Source: Octopus sinensis (lineage: Eukaryota). From it: a DNA stretch of 64,000 nt. The position numbers and the translations under genes were made by a program. Below the pieces are notes generated by a model. The model did no database searches and was not told where the DNA came from. It was given only the letters and a program-made list of their open reading frames with translations. Of this stretch, positions 13,022 through 25,679 are shown in pieces; positions within the stretch are counted from its first letter, which is position 1, and each line of letters begins with the position of its first letter. The stretch spans positions 167,214,001-167,278,000 of the forward strand of contig NC_042999.1 in the NCBI RefSeq assembly GCF_006345805.1, given 5' to 3'.

Positions 13022-14321
13022 ACGCTCGAAGAACGTCTCTTTTTTTGATTAGTTGACTTCTGGAATTGTTATAGTGTGAGTTAAATTGTTCTTACGGTTA
13101 ATTAACTGTTTGGTGTCAAACGGCACCTTATTTTGTTGCTTTTGGTGTCCTTTGTTTACGCTATTTCCCCTTGTTTGAAGGGGGAAGCGCGGTAATGGAG
13201 ATGATAACGGAAGAGGTTAGCTCTTCAGAATTGTCGTCGTCTGAGGAGGAGCTGGTTAAAAGTCTAAAGAGACTAGATGAAGCGATTGAGGTGAAGAATT
13301 TTGCAGAGGCAGTGGAAGATAAAAGATGACGTGAAAACAAGAAACATACTGTATCGAACTCACAGTTTGAAATACTAACGAATAGAGGTCGCAACTAAAT
13401 CACAGGTTGAAAGAGCTTTGAGTCTATTATGGAAAGATGTGCCAAAAGAGTGCTACCAAGGAATAGGCAAGGGCAGGGCCTGGAAATGATAATCCAGGCC
13501 GTCCCGTAGAGTTGGAGAGGATGGTGGAAACCATCACAGTCGGAGAGGATGTAAAGGTGAGAGTCAAGGTGGAGGACAGGACGCCGCGATGCTTTAAATG
13601 TGGCGAAAAAGGTCACATAAAAGCAGAATACCCTCCACTTAGCGCAAGTGCACCAAATGAAGAAACTGCATCTCCACCTCCTGGCCCATCGTGTGTGCGT
13701 GAGGAGGAGCCGGAGAAGGGAGAGGGAAACTAAGAGGAATGGAGAACGCAAGCCAAAAAGAGGAAAGAGGAAAGAAAAGAATTGAAGGAAAAAATGTGAA
13801 TCCCCACCCTACTCCCACCCGATCCCATCTTCCCATGCAGTCACCAACCCTCATCCTGCCCCTCCTGACACAGACACTTGCACAGACATCCAGGTGCTTG
13901 AAATTCCCAACCCCAGCCCCAAAATGTGTCACGCGATAGTGTATAACAATGTGAACAAAAAACTGAGAAACGAAAAATAAAAGAAGAAAAACTCACCTGT
14001 GTCGGTGGAAGTGACGGGAGCTGAGTGTTTACCGGAGAACTCCAGATGTGCTAAGGTGAGTGAGGAGGAAAAGAACAGTCTTTATGGTACAGAATTTTTG
14101 CACCTAAGAATGCAAACAGTGTCAAGTTAGTTGTCACCAACGGTGGACTTTAGTGACCTATATTTTAATTGTTTAAAAAAGTCTAAGTGAAGTCGCACAG
14201 ATGTGGGGTCGAGTGGCCTTCATTCCATTTCATTATTCATATTTTCCATTCGTTTTTCTTCTTTTGTCTGTCCTTGTATTGTCCCCTCTATGTTTAGCCG
14301 CTTGTGGGAAATAAAGAAATC
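13022..14321 (+). mobile_element. ORF1-only (HAL1-like) non-autonomous L1/Tx1-type retroelement, copy 1, decayed
   Basis: Bounded by a 16-bp TSD ACTTATTTAG(C/T)CAAAC (13006-13021 / 14322-14337) inside an older family C SINE. Encodes a broken ORF1 with knuckle CFKCGEKGHIKAEY (13590-13631) and ends in GTGGGAAATAAAGAAAT. No EN or RT sequence is recognisable. Confidence 0.72.
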
Positions 14322-14442
14322 ACTTATTTAGTCAAACCCGAAAGGTTTAAAGGCAAAGTCGACCACAGTGGAATTTGAATTTGGAATGTAATGAGTTTCC
14401 GAAACTTTTAGAATTCTACCAGCCTTACTCTTCGTTTGAATA

Positions 14443-14637
14443 TTGGTTTCAAATTTTGACACGAGGCCAGTAATTTTATGGGAGCGATTGAGCCGATTAC
14501 ATCAACTCCAGTGTTCATATGGTTCTTATTTTATTTGACCCTAAAGGATGAAAGGCGGAATTTGAACCCAGAACGTGAAGGGCTGGAAGAAATGGCGCTA
14601 TTTTGTCCAGCATGCTAACGATTCTGCCATCTTGCCA
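14443..14637 (-). mobile_element. Family C SINE (tail type 1), degenerate
   Basis: Head, core and tail motifs recognisable on the minus strand. Confidence 0.75.
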
Positions 14638-14655
14638 GCTCTCTTTCTTTGAATA

Positions 14656-14790
14656 TTCTTTTCTACTCTAGGTACAAGGCCCGAGATTTTTGGGGAGGGG
14701 GGCCAGTCGATTAAATCGACGCCAGTACGCATCTGGTACTTAATTTATCAATCCCGAAAGGATGAAAGACAGTCAACCTCGGCGGAATTC
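14656..14790 (-). mobile_element. 5'-truncated family C SINE (tail type 3)
   Basis: Core plus GTCGATTTAATCGAC hairpin, then the GGCCCCC..GGGCCTTGTACCTAGAGTAGAAAAGAA tail also seen at 28605-28808. Confidence 0.8.
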
Positions 14791-15755
14791 TTTGTTTGAT
14801 GACTTACTGTGTTCCGATTATCTCCAACGATTAAGACAGACTTCCGAAGAACCAAATGTGACAGTCGGATTCGATTCTCGTCTCAAGCATTTTAACTTTA
14901 CTTATGCCACTAATGTTCTGGTGAGAACACAAAGTAGCCGTAACTTCAGAATATCCTGCTTTTTTCCCTTCTAATGATTGAAAATGTTGTACGAGGTAGA
15001 TGTTGCTAATGTCAATTTTCACTCAAGGGACATCAGTTTCGTTCTAAGTCATTAGTGGTAGACTTTGTTTCGTTCTAAGTCAAAAGAAGCCTATGATCAA
15101 ACCGTTCTAATCGTGACTATCTCGTTTTTTTTTCAAATATAGCTGGGGTTTTTTCAGATACGTTACTCAGTACGCTTTATAAAGCAGCAGAAAGTGCATT
15201 GAGAGAGATTTGGCTGATATTTCTAACAAGTCAAGCAATCACTTGTTACATGTTGCTGTTGCTTAGCCCAAAGTTACCTGCAAATGAACAGACCTATAAT
15301 CAAAGGAATTCCAGTATATTTGTGTAGCATGGACAAGGTTGTCCATCATGCCCTTTCTTGTGATTCGAGGGAGATTTACCTAGTTTTTCCTTGTTTTGCT
15401 TTGAGCAAATCAGTTTTCCTTTCACGGGTTATCCTATACAGTAACCAAAAAGAGAAAAGTTTGCTAATACTGTTTTATATTCAACAGTTACATGGCTTAA
15501 AAACTTTATTCTTGGGGGATAGAGACTTGCACAAAACACTGATGTAGTCTATCCAGCGTCCCACGATACTGTCAGATGGCATGAACTTGTCTCTTCAGAA
15601 ACTGATAACAATCAAACTTTATAATTTGGCGGGTTAGTCGATACCGCGGTAGACTTTGACGCCAGGAAGTTAGGAGCCAGAACAATTACTACAACGCTTG
15701 GACAATCCTGTTTATCGACTGTTCTCAATAAAATTACGTTAATAATTTCTTACAT

Positions 15756-15953
15756 AAAGGCGGCGAACCGGCAAAATCGTTACCGCGCCGGGCATTTTGT
15801 CCGCCTTTACTTTCTCAATTCAAAGTCCGTCAGAGTTGACTTTGCCTTTCATCCTTTCGGGGTCAATAAAATAAGTACCAGTCGAGCACTAGTGCTTATG
15901 CAATTGACTTACTCCCTCCGAAATTGCTGGCTTTGTGCCAAAACTTGAAATCA
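15756..15953 (+). mobile_element. Family C SINE (tail type 1)
   Basis: AAAGGCGGCGAACCGGC head, GCCTTTCATCCTTTCGGGGTC core and tail. Confidence 0.82.
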
Positions 15954-17722
15954 ATAATTTCTTACTTAAACACAAGGTGTCGAATTTTAAGAAGAGAAGA
16001 TATGCGTAACATTTATCCATTGCTCTGACATTCTGCGAATACAACACCGGAAATGATGTCCTCCTCAACTGAAACACAGTAATGAAAATGATTTTTTTTG
16101 CCTCGTCAGACAATAAACCACTGTTTCTTAAATAAAGGAGATCGTGATGCTTGCGATTATTAATGCAGCACAATCTACAGTTATTAATACGCATTTTTAA
16201 TTTACTCTTAGAAGCAGTAGAATGGCACAAATGTGTCGCATTTATGCCTCCCACAAATAGCAACTTTGTAGCAAACAAGAGATTACATGCCATCAATTAG
16301 AGATTGAAACAGCATCACAGATTCGGATGGCCGGATGCTTAACCTTTGCTGTACAGCACTTGCCTAAGCAGTAAATATTTATATCTAAAAAGTATTCTGC
16401 AGTAAAGCACTGATTTACCATTTAAATATAGAATCATGAGGCTTTGTATATTTTCAGAGTTATTTTTATCAGAGCTAAATAAAAACAGCTGTCACAGCAA
16501 ATATTATTAAATGTATTTAAAGCCGGTGGAATTGCGGAAACGGAACACTGGATTAAATGTTTAGCAATATTTAGTTTCACCTTCTAACTTCTGGGTTCAG
16601 TTCTTACTGAGGTCGATAAAAGACATAGATACCAAATGTCTTTGAACGTTTTGTTAGTCGATGTGATGAGCTCATATCATATTTTGCATGAAACGTCACC
16701 TGACCTTAAATGGTGTCACGACAATTCAGTGAATCATGAAACATAGAAAGGCAAGTGTAAGTAAGTAACGAGCAAGAGAGATGTAATAACAAGTGGGAAA
16801 GCTCTGTCATATTTGTAGTAAATATTTCAAGGTAGGAATGTCGTGCAATGTTAACATAAATTAAAAAAGTTGGTTAATAGTTTATAATCTCTGCCATAAC
16901 CGACCCCCCTCCTAATCTGCTTCATTTAATTTTGCACTGGCTCGACTGAAGATTAAATTTTGTAAGGTTATATTTAAAATCTCTCGAATAAATGTGGTAC
17001 ATTATTAACCCAGAAATACTGAAGGATGAAGCTGACTTTAACATACATTGAACTTAAAATAGCAATGTAACAAAATATATGATAGCGAGCATTTAGTATG
17101 CCTCCTTCATTTCTCTATTAAATAACACAAATATCCTTTTAACTATAGGTATACCAGGGTTGTAATATTGTGCGAAGGCTTAGTTGATTACATCGACCCC
17201 AATGCTCAACCGATTTCCACGAGCCAGAGGGGGTCAACCCCAGCCAAATTGGAACTCAACATGTAAAAAATGAACAAAATACTGCTGAACAATTTTTTTT
17301 AATCCGACGTGCTAACGATTCTGCTCATCCGTGGCCTATATTAATAAAAACAAATAGACTTCCATTATACTTCATTTTACACTTTTGGAACAGATCATGA
17401 TAGGTGATAAAAACATTTCTTTTCTTAACAGTTTGATATCAAAATAATACCAGTGAGAAAAATATTGAATATATATTGTCGTTAATCGTATTCATTCAAG
17501 ATAATAAATCTACCGATTCTCATTTTTTTTCTGAGAAAACAATAGTGGAGTACCCCGGCAACTAGTCATGCCAAATTAATGCCAAAGTTTACTTTTGGTA
17601 ATGCATAAAAGATAAGGATCTAAATTAATGTTTCACCTGGAGTGGACAAGGATTAGTCAACCAGAGGCCATATGGTGATTAAATGGGGCATGAATCAATG
17701 TTTTTGGGAAAGGTAAAATATC

Positions 17723-17919
17723 GGTTTCATATTTTGGCACAGGAGACGGTAAATCGATTACATCAATTCCAATGTCCAACTGGTACATATTTTATCGACT
17801 TCGAAAGGATGAAAAACAATGTCGACTTCGGCAGAGTTTGAACTCAGAAAGTATAGACGAACGAAATGCCACTAAACATCTTGCCCGGTGCAGTAACGAT
17901 TTTGCCGGCTCGCCGCCTT
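17723..17919 (-). mobile_element. Family C SINE
   Basis: Same motifs on the minus strand. Confidence 0.8.
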
Positions 17920-18479
17920 GAGGAAGGTAAATTATTGAAACATTGAGTTTATGGTAGGATCTGAGCGTATTTGGTGCCGTTTGTTTCAAATTAAAGTCTA
18001 TTATTCTATTTACAGACATTTTATCTCTGCAAGTGATTGTGTTTATTGCCACAGTATAAACCTTTTAAACACGGGGTATATCAGAAATGATTGAAAAAAT
18101 GAAAAACATTGCAATGCAGTTTGTATTCTGGTTTAAAGCAAATGAATGTTCTTCCAAGATGCAAATTTTGGTACATATAAATAAGCACGCTCACATACAT
18201 AGTAACCTATATATATAAGCAAAATATCCAAACACTGAGATTTGAAATCAGATGTCACTACTGTTCATATCATCTGCGGATAAAATTTAAAATTGATATC
18301 ACCACCAGTGACATAGGTGGATCGCAGGCGTAATAGCATTATATAGCTATGAATTATAAATTTGCACGAAGCGTGATGATGCTTAACAAGCAACTACCTG
18401 CTAGAAATAAGAGCTAAAATCTTAAATTAATCCACCGTACAGCACCAACATAACAGAGAAAAACAGTATGCGAGGAAAA

Positions 18480-18650
18480 CAGAAAGAATTAAAACATTTA
18501 ATGAAGACAGGTGGTGTAGACAACAAACAGATGTATTAGTTTAACGCTCGGGAAGTGAAAAAATTTTAAACGTTTCGAGCCTACGCTCTTCCACAGAAAG
18601 GAACACAGAAAGAAACAGGGAGAGAAAATAAAGAATGTATAGTGGCTAAG
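18480..18650 (-). mobile_element. Short PLE-associated repeat (family E) with minimal hammerhead-like motif
   Basis: Reverse complement of 54160-54345; contains CTTT-CTGTGGA-A-GAGC-GTAG-GCTC-GAAA-CG-TT (18565-18600). Confidence 0.65.
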
Positions 18651-18689
18651 TGTACTTGTGTTATGGCATACTCGGTAATATTACGAACG

Positions 18690-19450
18690 AAGCTAAAGAA
18701 AACAACTCATTCAAGGCTGAGTAAATATATACCATGTTTATTCCAGTTTACAACATTCAGTTACTCTGACTCTCTTGCTTTTGTGCTCAAGCGTTTCCCA
18801 TAGGGTTCAAATATTCTAAACTCTTTAACCGGCAAAATTTTGAAGTTAGCTACTTACACTACTGATATGAGAAATATTGTTACATATACTAGACGCTCCA
18901 AACCCTTTAACGAACGCAAGGGCGAAGAAAATAATTTTACTAAGTCTAATAATTTCGTCAACAGCAGTAGCAAAGGAGATAATTGCAACAGTCAAAATAA
19001 AGTATTTTTCCCCTTGAAAGATCTAGACAAAGCTGAATCGCTGATCTATCAAACTACGGGTCAGTGCCAAGAATTTATATACTGGATCACGTGAGAGTAA
19101 CTTCAAGAGCTAGTAGTTAAACTTATATTTCACCTTTAGACATCATGATTTCGCTTTGCAAACAGACAGGTATGCTCAGCCATAGTAACTGCAAAAGAAA
19201 TCTATTCTGGTTACTCTTTCTAGTTTTGTTCTCCCCAGAAAAACACTAGACACTTAGGTGGCTGCCGACAGGTGTATCAGTCAGTCAGTTTCAGACGACC
19301 CATATACCTAAGCCGCATGTAAGCAGGATACGAACCGTGGCTTCTATTGTCAACTACCTGTCGTTTTTGTTTCTTTCCAATCACTGCAAGCCTTGATAAA
19401 TAGTTATGTTCGATGGTCGCAGACATGTATGTGTTTTTCGACCGGCACTT
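18690..19450 (+). pseudogene. Decayed PLE post-RT linker and GIY-YIG endonuclease region
   Basis: FPIGFKYSKLFNRQN/LKLATYTTDMRNIV..CNSQNKVFFPL..ESLIYQ aligns by eye to the intact frame at 48096-49118, with frameshifts and stops. Confidence 0.5.
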
Positions 19451-20289
19451 ATTGAAGTGCACTGAGTACTGGTTTATCCCTATGCACTATAATGCGCATG
19501 GTATGAAGTTAGGATATTCTTCATGGAGTAGATGAGGGCCTATTTCTTCAGTTTCAGATGTATGTTCTCAATACGTAGATAGTGGCCGACCGATTGAGAG
19601 CGGATGTGTTTGGTTACAAACAAAAGTGTACTCAATACGTGCAAAGTTTACATTTATTCCAAGATAACCGAGGATCCATTTGGTTGCTACTGTGAGTTTC
19701 CAGTTACAGGTAACGTGAAAGTAAGTTAATATTGTTGGTGATAAGCAAATTGAATGGATTTTCATTCGTCAGGTGCTGTCATATGGGAGATTGTGTCGAG
19801 GGAGCCCTATTACTCTGTTTCAGTTGATGTGGAAATAGAAGATATTAGAATTATACATTTTCCGATGACCTGAAACATCGTAGGGAGTGCAACCCAATAC
19901 CCTTATGGGCTTAGAAATTGGGGAATGGAGTTAGAAGTTTCAGTTCACGAAACAAAACGAAAAGATGGAAGTGGGGTTAACATTTTCACCTTGAAGCATC
20001 TACTTTTCCCAGAGTTTAACAATACAATTGCCGACATAAACACTGCAGTTTAAATGAATAACAAATAAGTGTCTGAAAAGGAGACAGCACCATAAAAAAT
20101 ACAACCGTAATTAAAATATTCACTAAAACGTAGAGACAACAAGTCAACAGTATGTTCAAAACAAATAAAACTTAGTAGTAAGCAATTAAACAAGAAAAGA
20201 ACAAAGTAGATGATAGAAAAGTAGCAAATATTTGTATCCGGCTTAATGCTTAAAACAAGCTGTAACAACCGTTCTAATGGTGCATGCAT

Positions 20290-20760
20290 TTCATCACATG
20301 CTACAGTAACGAGAAATAATGACTAGCTTACACTCAAGCAATAATAAAACTCCATTGTCACAGTGTTTTCAAAAGTCAGTCAGCAGAACCACGCAAACAA
20401 GACTGTAACATATCCACGATGTGTTAACTCCTTTAAATCACCAGGCATTAACAAAAGAGTCATACAGAAACACAAAGCCTCTCAATTCACAATCATAGAC
20501 AGACATAGCATACAATAAATTTACTAAAATCGCCACATCTTAAATTACTTAAACCAACACGACTAAATTTTAAGAAAGTAGAGAGAATTATAACAATCCT
20601 AAAACTTGACAAAATCCAAACGTAGCAATATCAGAAAGAATAGTTCATTACTCTTCTATACATATCTAAAACCAATAGAAAGTTTTAACCTCTAAATTCC
20701 TCTTTTTCAAGTTTTAAATAAATTCAAACCATTACATTCGACTATCACACTAGTAAGAAA
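20290..20760 (+). pseudogene. Possible highly decayed GIY-YIG endonuclease of a different PLE group
   Basis: Only faint SSN..C..QK.V..TTQ residues are recognisable; many stops. Confidence 0.25.
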
Positions 20761-20879
20761 CCTCACGCCTCTCACGTAAAATATACACTGGGTTCAAAAC
20801 TACGAAAATGTTCTTTCACACACCATTCTAACAACCATTTTCGGCTTAATCGCTCTCTACTCACTACTATAAACACCAT

Positions 20880-21420
20880 ATTCAACACCTCTTTAAAACG
20901 TTATAATATTCTGCCTGGCAAACTATCTCACATATCGACAAGCCTACGTTAAGTACAACACATCTAGAATCTGTGCCTTCACCTACATTCCCTATTACTT
21001 CTCCCTTCACCTGCACAAAACATCTCCATACGCGGATGACATCAGAATATCTCTTCTTACCAATCATCATACACAGTAGGAAAACTACTCTACGTCTACG
21101 TCAACCACTTACAAACCATTTTCCAAACAATAGACTAAAAGTATCATATATCAATTCCACTGTCTCACTTCTTACTAGTATCACCCAGAGAACATCAAAT
21201 ACAACCAACAGTTAGACTTAATAACATAAACATACCACGTACATAGACCTTCAAAATACTAAGTTACCTATAACATTTTTCAAACATTCCCAGTTACCAT
21301 AGAAGACATAGTAAGGAAAGAAAAACGACACTAACACTCTAGAAGTACTTTTGGCACAACCTAAAGGAACAACTAGTATGCCTGTAATATATTAGAGCGA
21401 TCGTGAATTATACTAATCGT
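20880..21420 (+). pseudogene. Decayed non-LTR reverse transcriptase fragment
   Basis: CCATACGCGGATGACATC = PYADDI, with preceding SVPSPTF (S.LSP.LF-like) and downstream NRLKVS..STVSLLT residues; frameshifted. Confidence 0.7.
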
Positions 21421-21609
21421 GTTTGAGCTTTCAATCTTCTCTTCCTAAAATATATAAATTACAAATAACAAAAATAGCGCTTTTCACGCCATCGCACGCT
21501 GCTGAGATGGCTACAACCATAAACCTCCTACACAATGATATCAACGTACTCTTAAAAAGATTAAGCTTCACACTTAGTCCACCTAAGACGCATATACATG
21601 GAAACAGAG

Positions 21610-22023
21610 AAAGCCAGCTGGCAGTATCATTAGCACGCCGGACAAAATGCTTAGCGGCATTTCATCCGACTTTACGTCCTGAGTTCAAATTCCGCCAAGG
21701 TCGACTTTACCTTTCATCCTTTTGGCGTCGATAGAGCAAGTACCGGCAGAGTACTGGGGTCAATGTAATCGACTTATCTTTCTCCCCCGAACTTGCTGGC
21801 CTTGTGCCAAAATTTGAAACCAATATATTAAATCGAAACGAAGGCGGCGGGCTGGCGGCATTTTTTCTATCTTCATGTTCTGAGTTCAAATTCCATCATG
21901 GTCTCTTTTGCTTTTTATCCTTTCGGGGGTCGATAAAATGAGTACCAGTTAAGCACTGTGGTCGATGTAATAGACTTAACCCCTCCCCCAAAATTGCTGG
22001 CCTTGTACCCAAATTTGAAACCA
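21610..22023 (+). mobile_element. Two tandem family C SINEs
   Basis: The second copy (21840-22023) is flanked by AATATATTA(A/T)ATCGAAAC at 21822-21839 and 22023-22040. Confidence 0.85.
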
Positions 22024-23501
22024 ATATATTATATCGAAACTAAATTTGGGGATCACCAAAGATCATTCAGTCGTCTACTTCTGTAGATTGGACCGATTAA
22101 AACTGACCGGTCCGCACAACTATACTTACAACTAGTTCTTCAGTCAGGCCAACTGTAGGTGAATTGCAAATACTTTCGCTAACTGACTGGTGCTCCATTG
22201 GCTTGGCTTTATCAACTCTGCTTAAAGACTTAAGTTACATTACAGAAAATATGGTGTGTAGAGACAACAAGTGACATATATCAGTCGACGAGTGACCAGT
22301 TCTTGTATGTCATGGACAGTGCTGTGTCCATGGCAATATCTCTGAACAATACACAAGAAGATGAAAGTTGATATGAATACGGGGATGAATTTGATTCTGA
22401 ATTAATCTCGGCTTATAGATTTGGAGAAGGTAATTGATTGTAAGTTCTGTCAAACTACAACAAAATTCGAAACCTTCAGTGTGTACAAAACCAAGTAGTG
22501 AACTAGGGAACAAAATATACTTTAGTAAAAGTCCGTGTTTCTGAAATGATTTTCAAAGCAAACATGTTATATGTTGGTACTTTCAACGTAATTTTAATCA
22601 TTTTCTGAAATTAGTACTTCAATAATTTTTTATATATCACTTTCTTCTAACTAGGACACAAAGTAAATTTTAAGCTTTTGAGAATTATCTCGAGAGTTTG
22701 CCGTGAACACAATGCACTGCTGTTATATGGTAAGAACCGAGAGGGGTTGCTTTGACTAGTATGCAGGGTGGCCCTTACAAAGCAGTGTAAAAAAGTGAAG
22801 TAAATTCAACTGAGAAAAGAAAGTGCCTTGCAGTCTATTACTTGCTTAACAATTAAAAACGAAATAATTATTAATCACTGCTAATCGAGTCTGAAGACTA
22901 ACAAGCTCGAGTTTAAGAAGACCAAACAGCTTGGAGCATAATTATCAATGCGGTCTGCTAACAGTATTCACCAACAGGGAAGTATTTATTCTTTTAACAA
23001 TAGGAATATTACAGCGACAACATTTAAGAATTTCTGATATTCCTTCAAGGACTAGACAAAATTCATTGGTGCAAATAGTTTGGTACCTGCCTTTTCGAGG
23101 ATGAGGTTCCGCAATGGTTGACCGTGTAAGGATCCTGCCTTAATCAGATTATTTTGGTCATAAATAGTCAATTAAATCAGCCCATATGTTAGTAGTAATG
23201 TACTTATGCCTATTGTGGGAAGATTTAGCAGCAAAGTCGACTACAATGGATTTTGATCCAACATTTAATGGCTGTCGTGTTTTAGCTTCTACCAATACAC
23301 AAGTTAAATGAAATATTGGTTTCATTTCCCCCATATTGTCAGGAAGAAAGGAATGAGAAAAAAGCTTGATGTTTATGTCTTTCTCAAAAGTATTAGCGAT
23401 GTAAGTGAAATTAAACGGCTTGAACTGGGAATAGAAACTGGGCCACAGTTTCGGTTGAATGCGAGCTTCCTGTTCCATGGTTCGCAATGAAAATAAATAT
23501 T

Positions 23502-23728
23502 TATTTCTTTATTGCCCACAGGGGACTAAACATAGAGGAGACAAACAAGGACAGACAAAGGGATAAAGTCGTTTACATCGACCACAGTGCGTAACTGGTA
23601 CAATCGACCCCGAAAGGATGAAAGGCAAAGTCGACTTCAGTGGAATTTGAACTCAGAACGTGACAGTAGACGAAATATCGCTAAGCATTTTACCTGGTGT
23701 GCTAACGTTTCTGCCAGCTCGCCGCCAT
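23502..23728 (-). mobile_element. Full-length family C SINE with LINE-derived tail (type 2) and perfect 16-bp TSD
   Basis: TSD AATGAAAATAAATATT at 23486-23501 and 23729-23744. The tail matches the 3' end of the ORF1-only element. Confidence 0.9.
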
Positions 23729-25679
23729 AATGAAAATAAATATTGAATATAAAAGATCGTAATGTGCTTTGTGATAGTGTTAAAGAAAGAAAGGACTAGA
23801 TCACATTCGTTTATTTTTGAAACAATTACAAAACTTCAAATTTTGTACGTTTCTTTTTTTTTTCTTCTGGAGAGTAACATGTGCAGATAATCAGTTTAAG
23901 ATGACAAATTGAGTTATTTCTGGACTGAAGTCTGGGTGGATATCGTATAAGGATAACCTTTAGTAAACATCACTGCCATTCTTTATCAAAAAGTTTGCAA
24001 GTGGCTTATGAATAGTATCTAATTTTACATTATTAAATTCTACTGGTTGACCTCTTAAAGCAAAAAGTATTCCTACTAAAATGCAGGGTTTTTTTCTTTG
24101 GTAGAATAATTTCTAAATACTTCAAACAATTTACGATTCTAAACTAAAATCAACCACTTCGCATTAATGGGAAAGACATATACATCATGCATTTTTAAAC
24201 CTATCCCTCCAATAGAGGTTTGGTTTACTATCGAACTACGGAATCAATATTTAGTAGTAGTTGTTATTTATCACCTAGTATGGTAGATCTATAATCGGAG
24301 ACATTCAAGTTGTTACCATCCCATTTTTGCTAGGTATACTGCACTAGATTTTATTATCGAAGTTCCCTTTTCTCAAATGGCAACGTGTAGTTTAAAAGAC
24401 TTTTGGCTGTTACTTCTAGCAGACTGAGTGAGCTTGTAAAGGTTTATCAATAGTTAGTAACAGAGCCAAAAGATTAGTATCACTGCGAGAGCATTAGGCA
24501 AAATGCCTAGCAATATTTAAGGTCTTACGTACTGGCTTCAAATTCTACCGAGATCATCTTTGGATTTTACTTTTCCTGGTTCGATCAACAAAATGCCAGT
24601 GAAATACTAAAGTCAATTTAAACGACTAGACTCTCTCACGAAATTTATGGTCTTGTCCCAATATATGGTATCTGAGAATGTTAAAAAAAAAAAACCCCGA
24701 CAATATACAAGACATGACTAAATTTATCATTGTATCTTATTCGGCTCTCTCTACGTAGGAAGTAAACATTTTTCTGTCATCGTTTTTGCCTTTCTCTAGG
24801 ATCAATAAAATAGTATTAATGAGCTACTGGAGGATTTATTGAACAAAATATAATAAAACATTGTTTTATTTTTCATGTTTTATTTAAGGAAAGAAATATA
24901 TATATTTGATGTTGTTGTTGTTTATCTCCAAGTCAACTCCGATCAAATGTGTACCAGCCATGATCATCCCATCGAAACTATACCTTCTTGTCCATGTGTT
25001 CTACCTTCCTAAGAAGGTATAGTGTGACTTGATAGAGACGCAATTACACAAAGCCTCTCTTGCTAACACAGGGGACCTCGAGACGAACGCTATTAAGCCA
25101 GGGTAAATTCTCTGCAAACGAAATTCACCCTCCTTTTCAATTGTCGATTGAAGTGATTTTTCTTTTTCCTTGCCATCAATACTCTATGGAAAGGCATGAA
25201 TGTCACAACATCCTGTTTCTACTTTCTGTTTAAACTATAGACTTTGTATCTAATGAAAAAAGAAACCAATATTTTGGATGTTCAAAATTCAAATGAGTGT
25301 GTTTACTGTTGTGCATTTCTATGTGTTTTGTTATTAACAGCCGGATGTTTCCATTACTATTTACGAGTACTTAACTCTTACAATATGTTTAGCGTCTACT
25401 CATTTTACTTCTAAAGTTAAAAGATAAAAATAGAACTTACCTAACATTAAGAATTCTGAGAATTCGAACGTAAAGCATTGAAGACTTTACAAGTTAAAAT
25501 AACTTAATGGATACTATTAAGTAAACATATTAATGTCACGTAATTTTTAGTGCTTATCAAAACACTGAAGATGTAATGATGTGAGGAAGGCTCTAGAGAA
25601 ATGGTTTGCTGTTACCGCTACAGTTATGTGGCATTATTCTGAGCTCAACAGTGGAAGTTAACATAAATCATCGATTATG

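Noticed and set aside
19861-19885. CCGATGA-CCT-GAAA-CATCG-TA hammerhead-like string (similar weak cases at about 50538-50567 and 53405-53440 minus)
   Set aside because: No convincing stem I or stem II.
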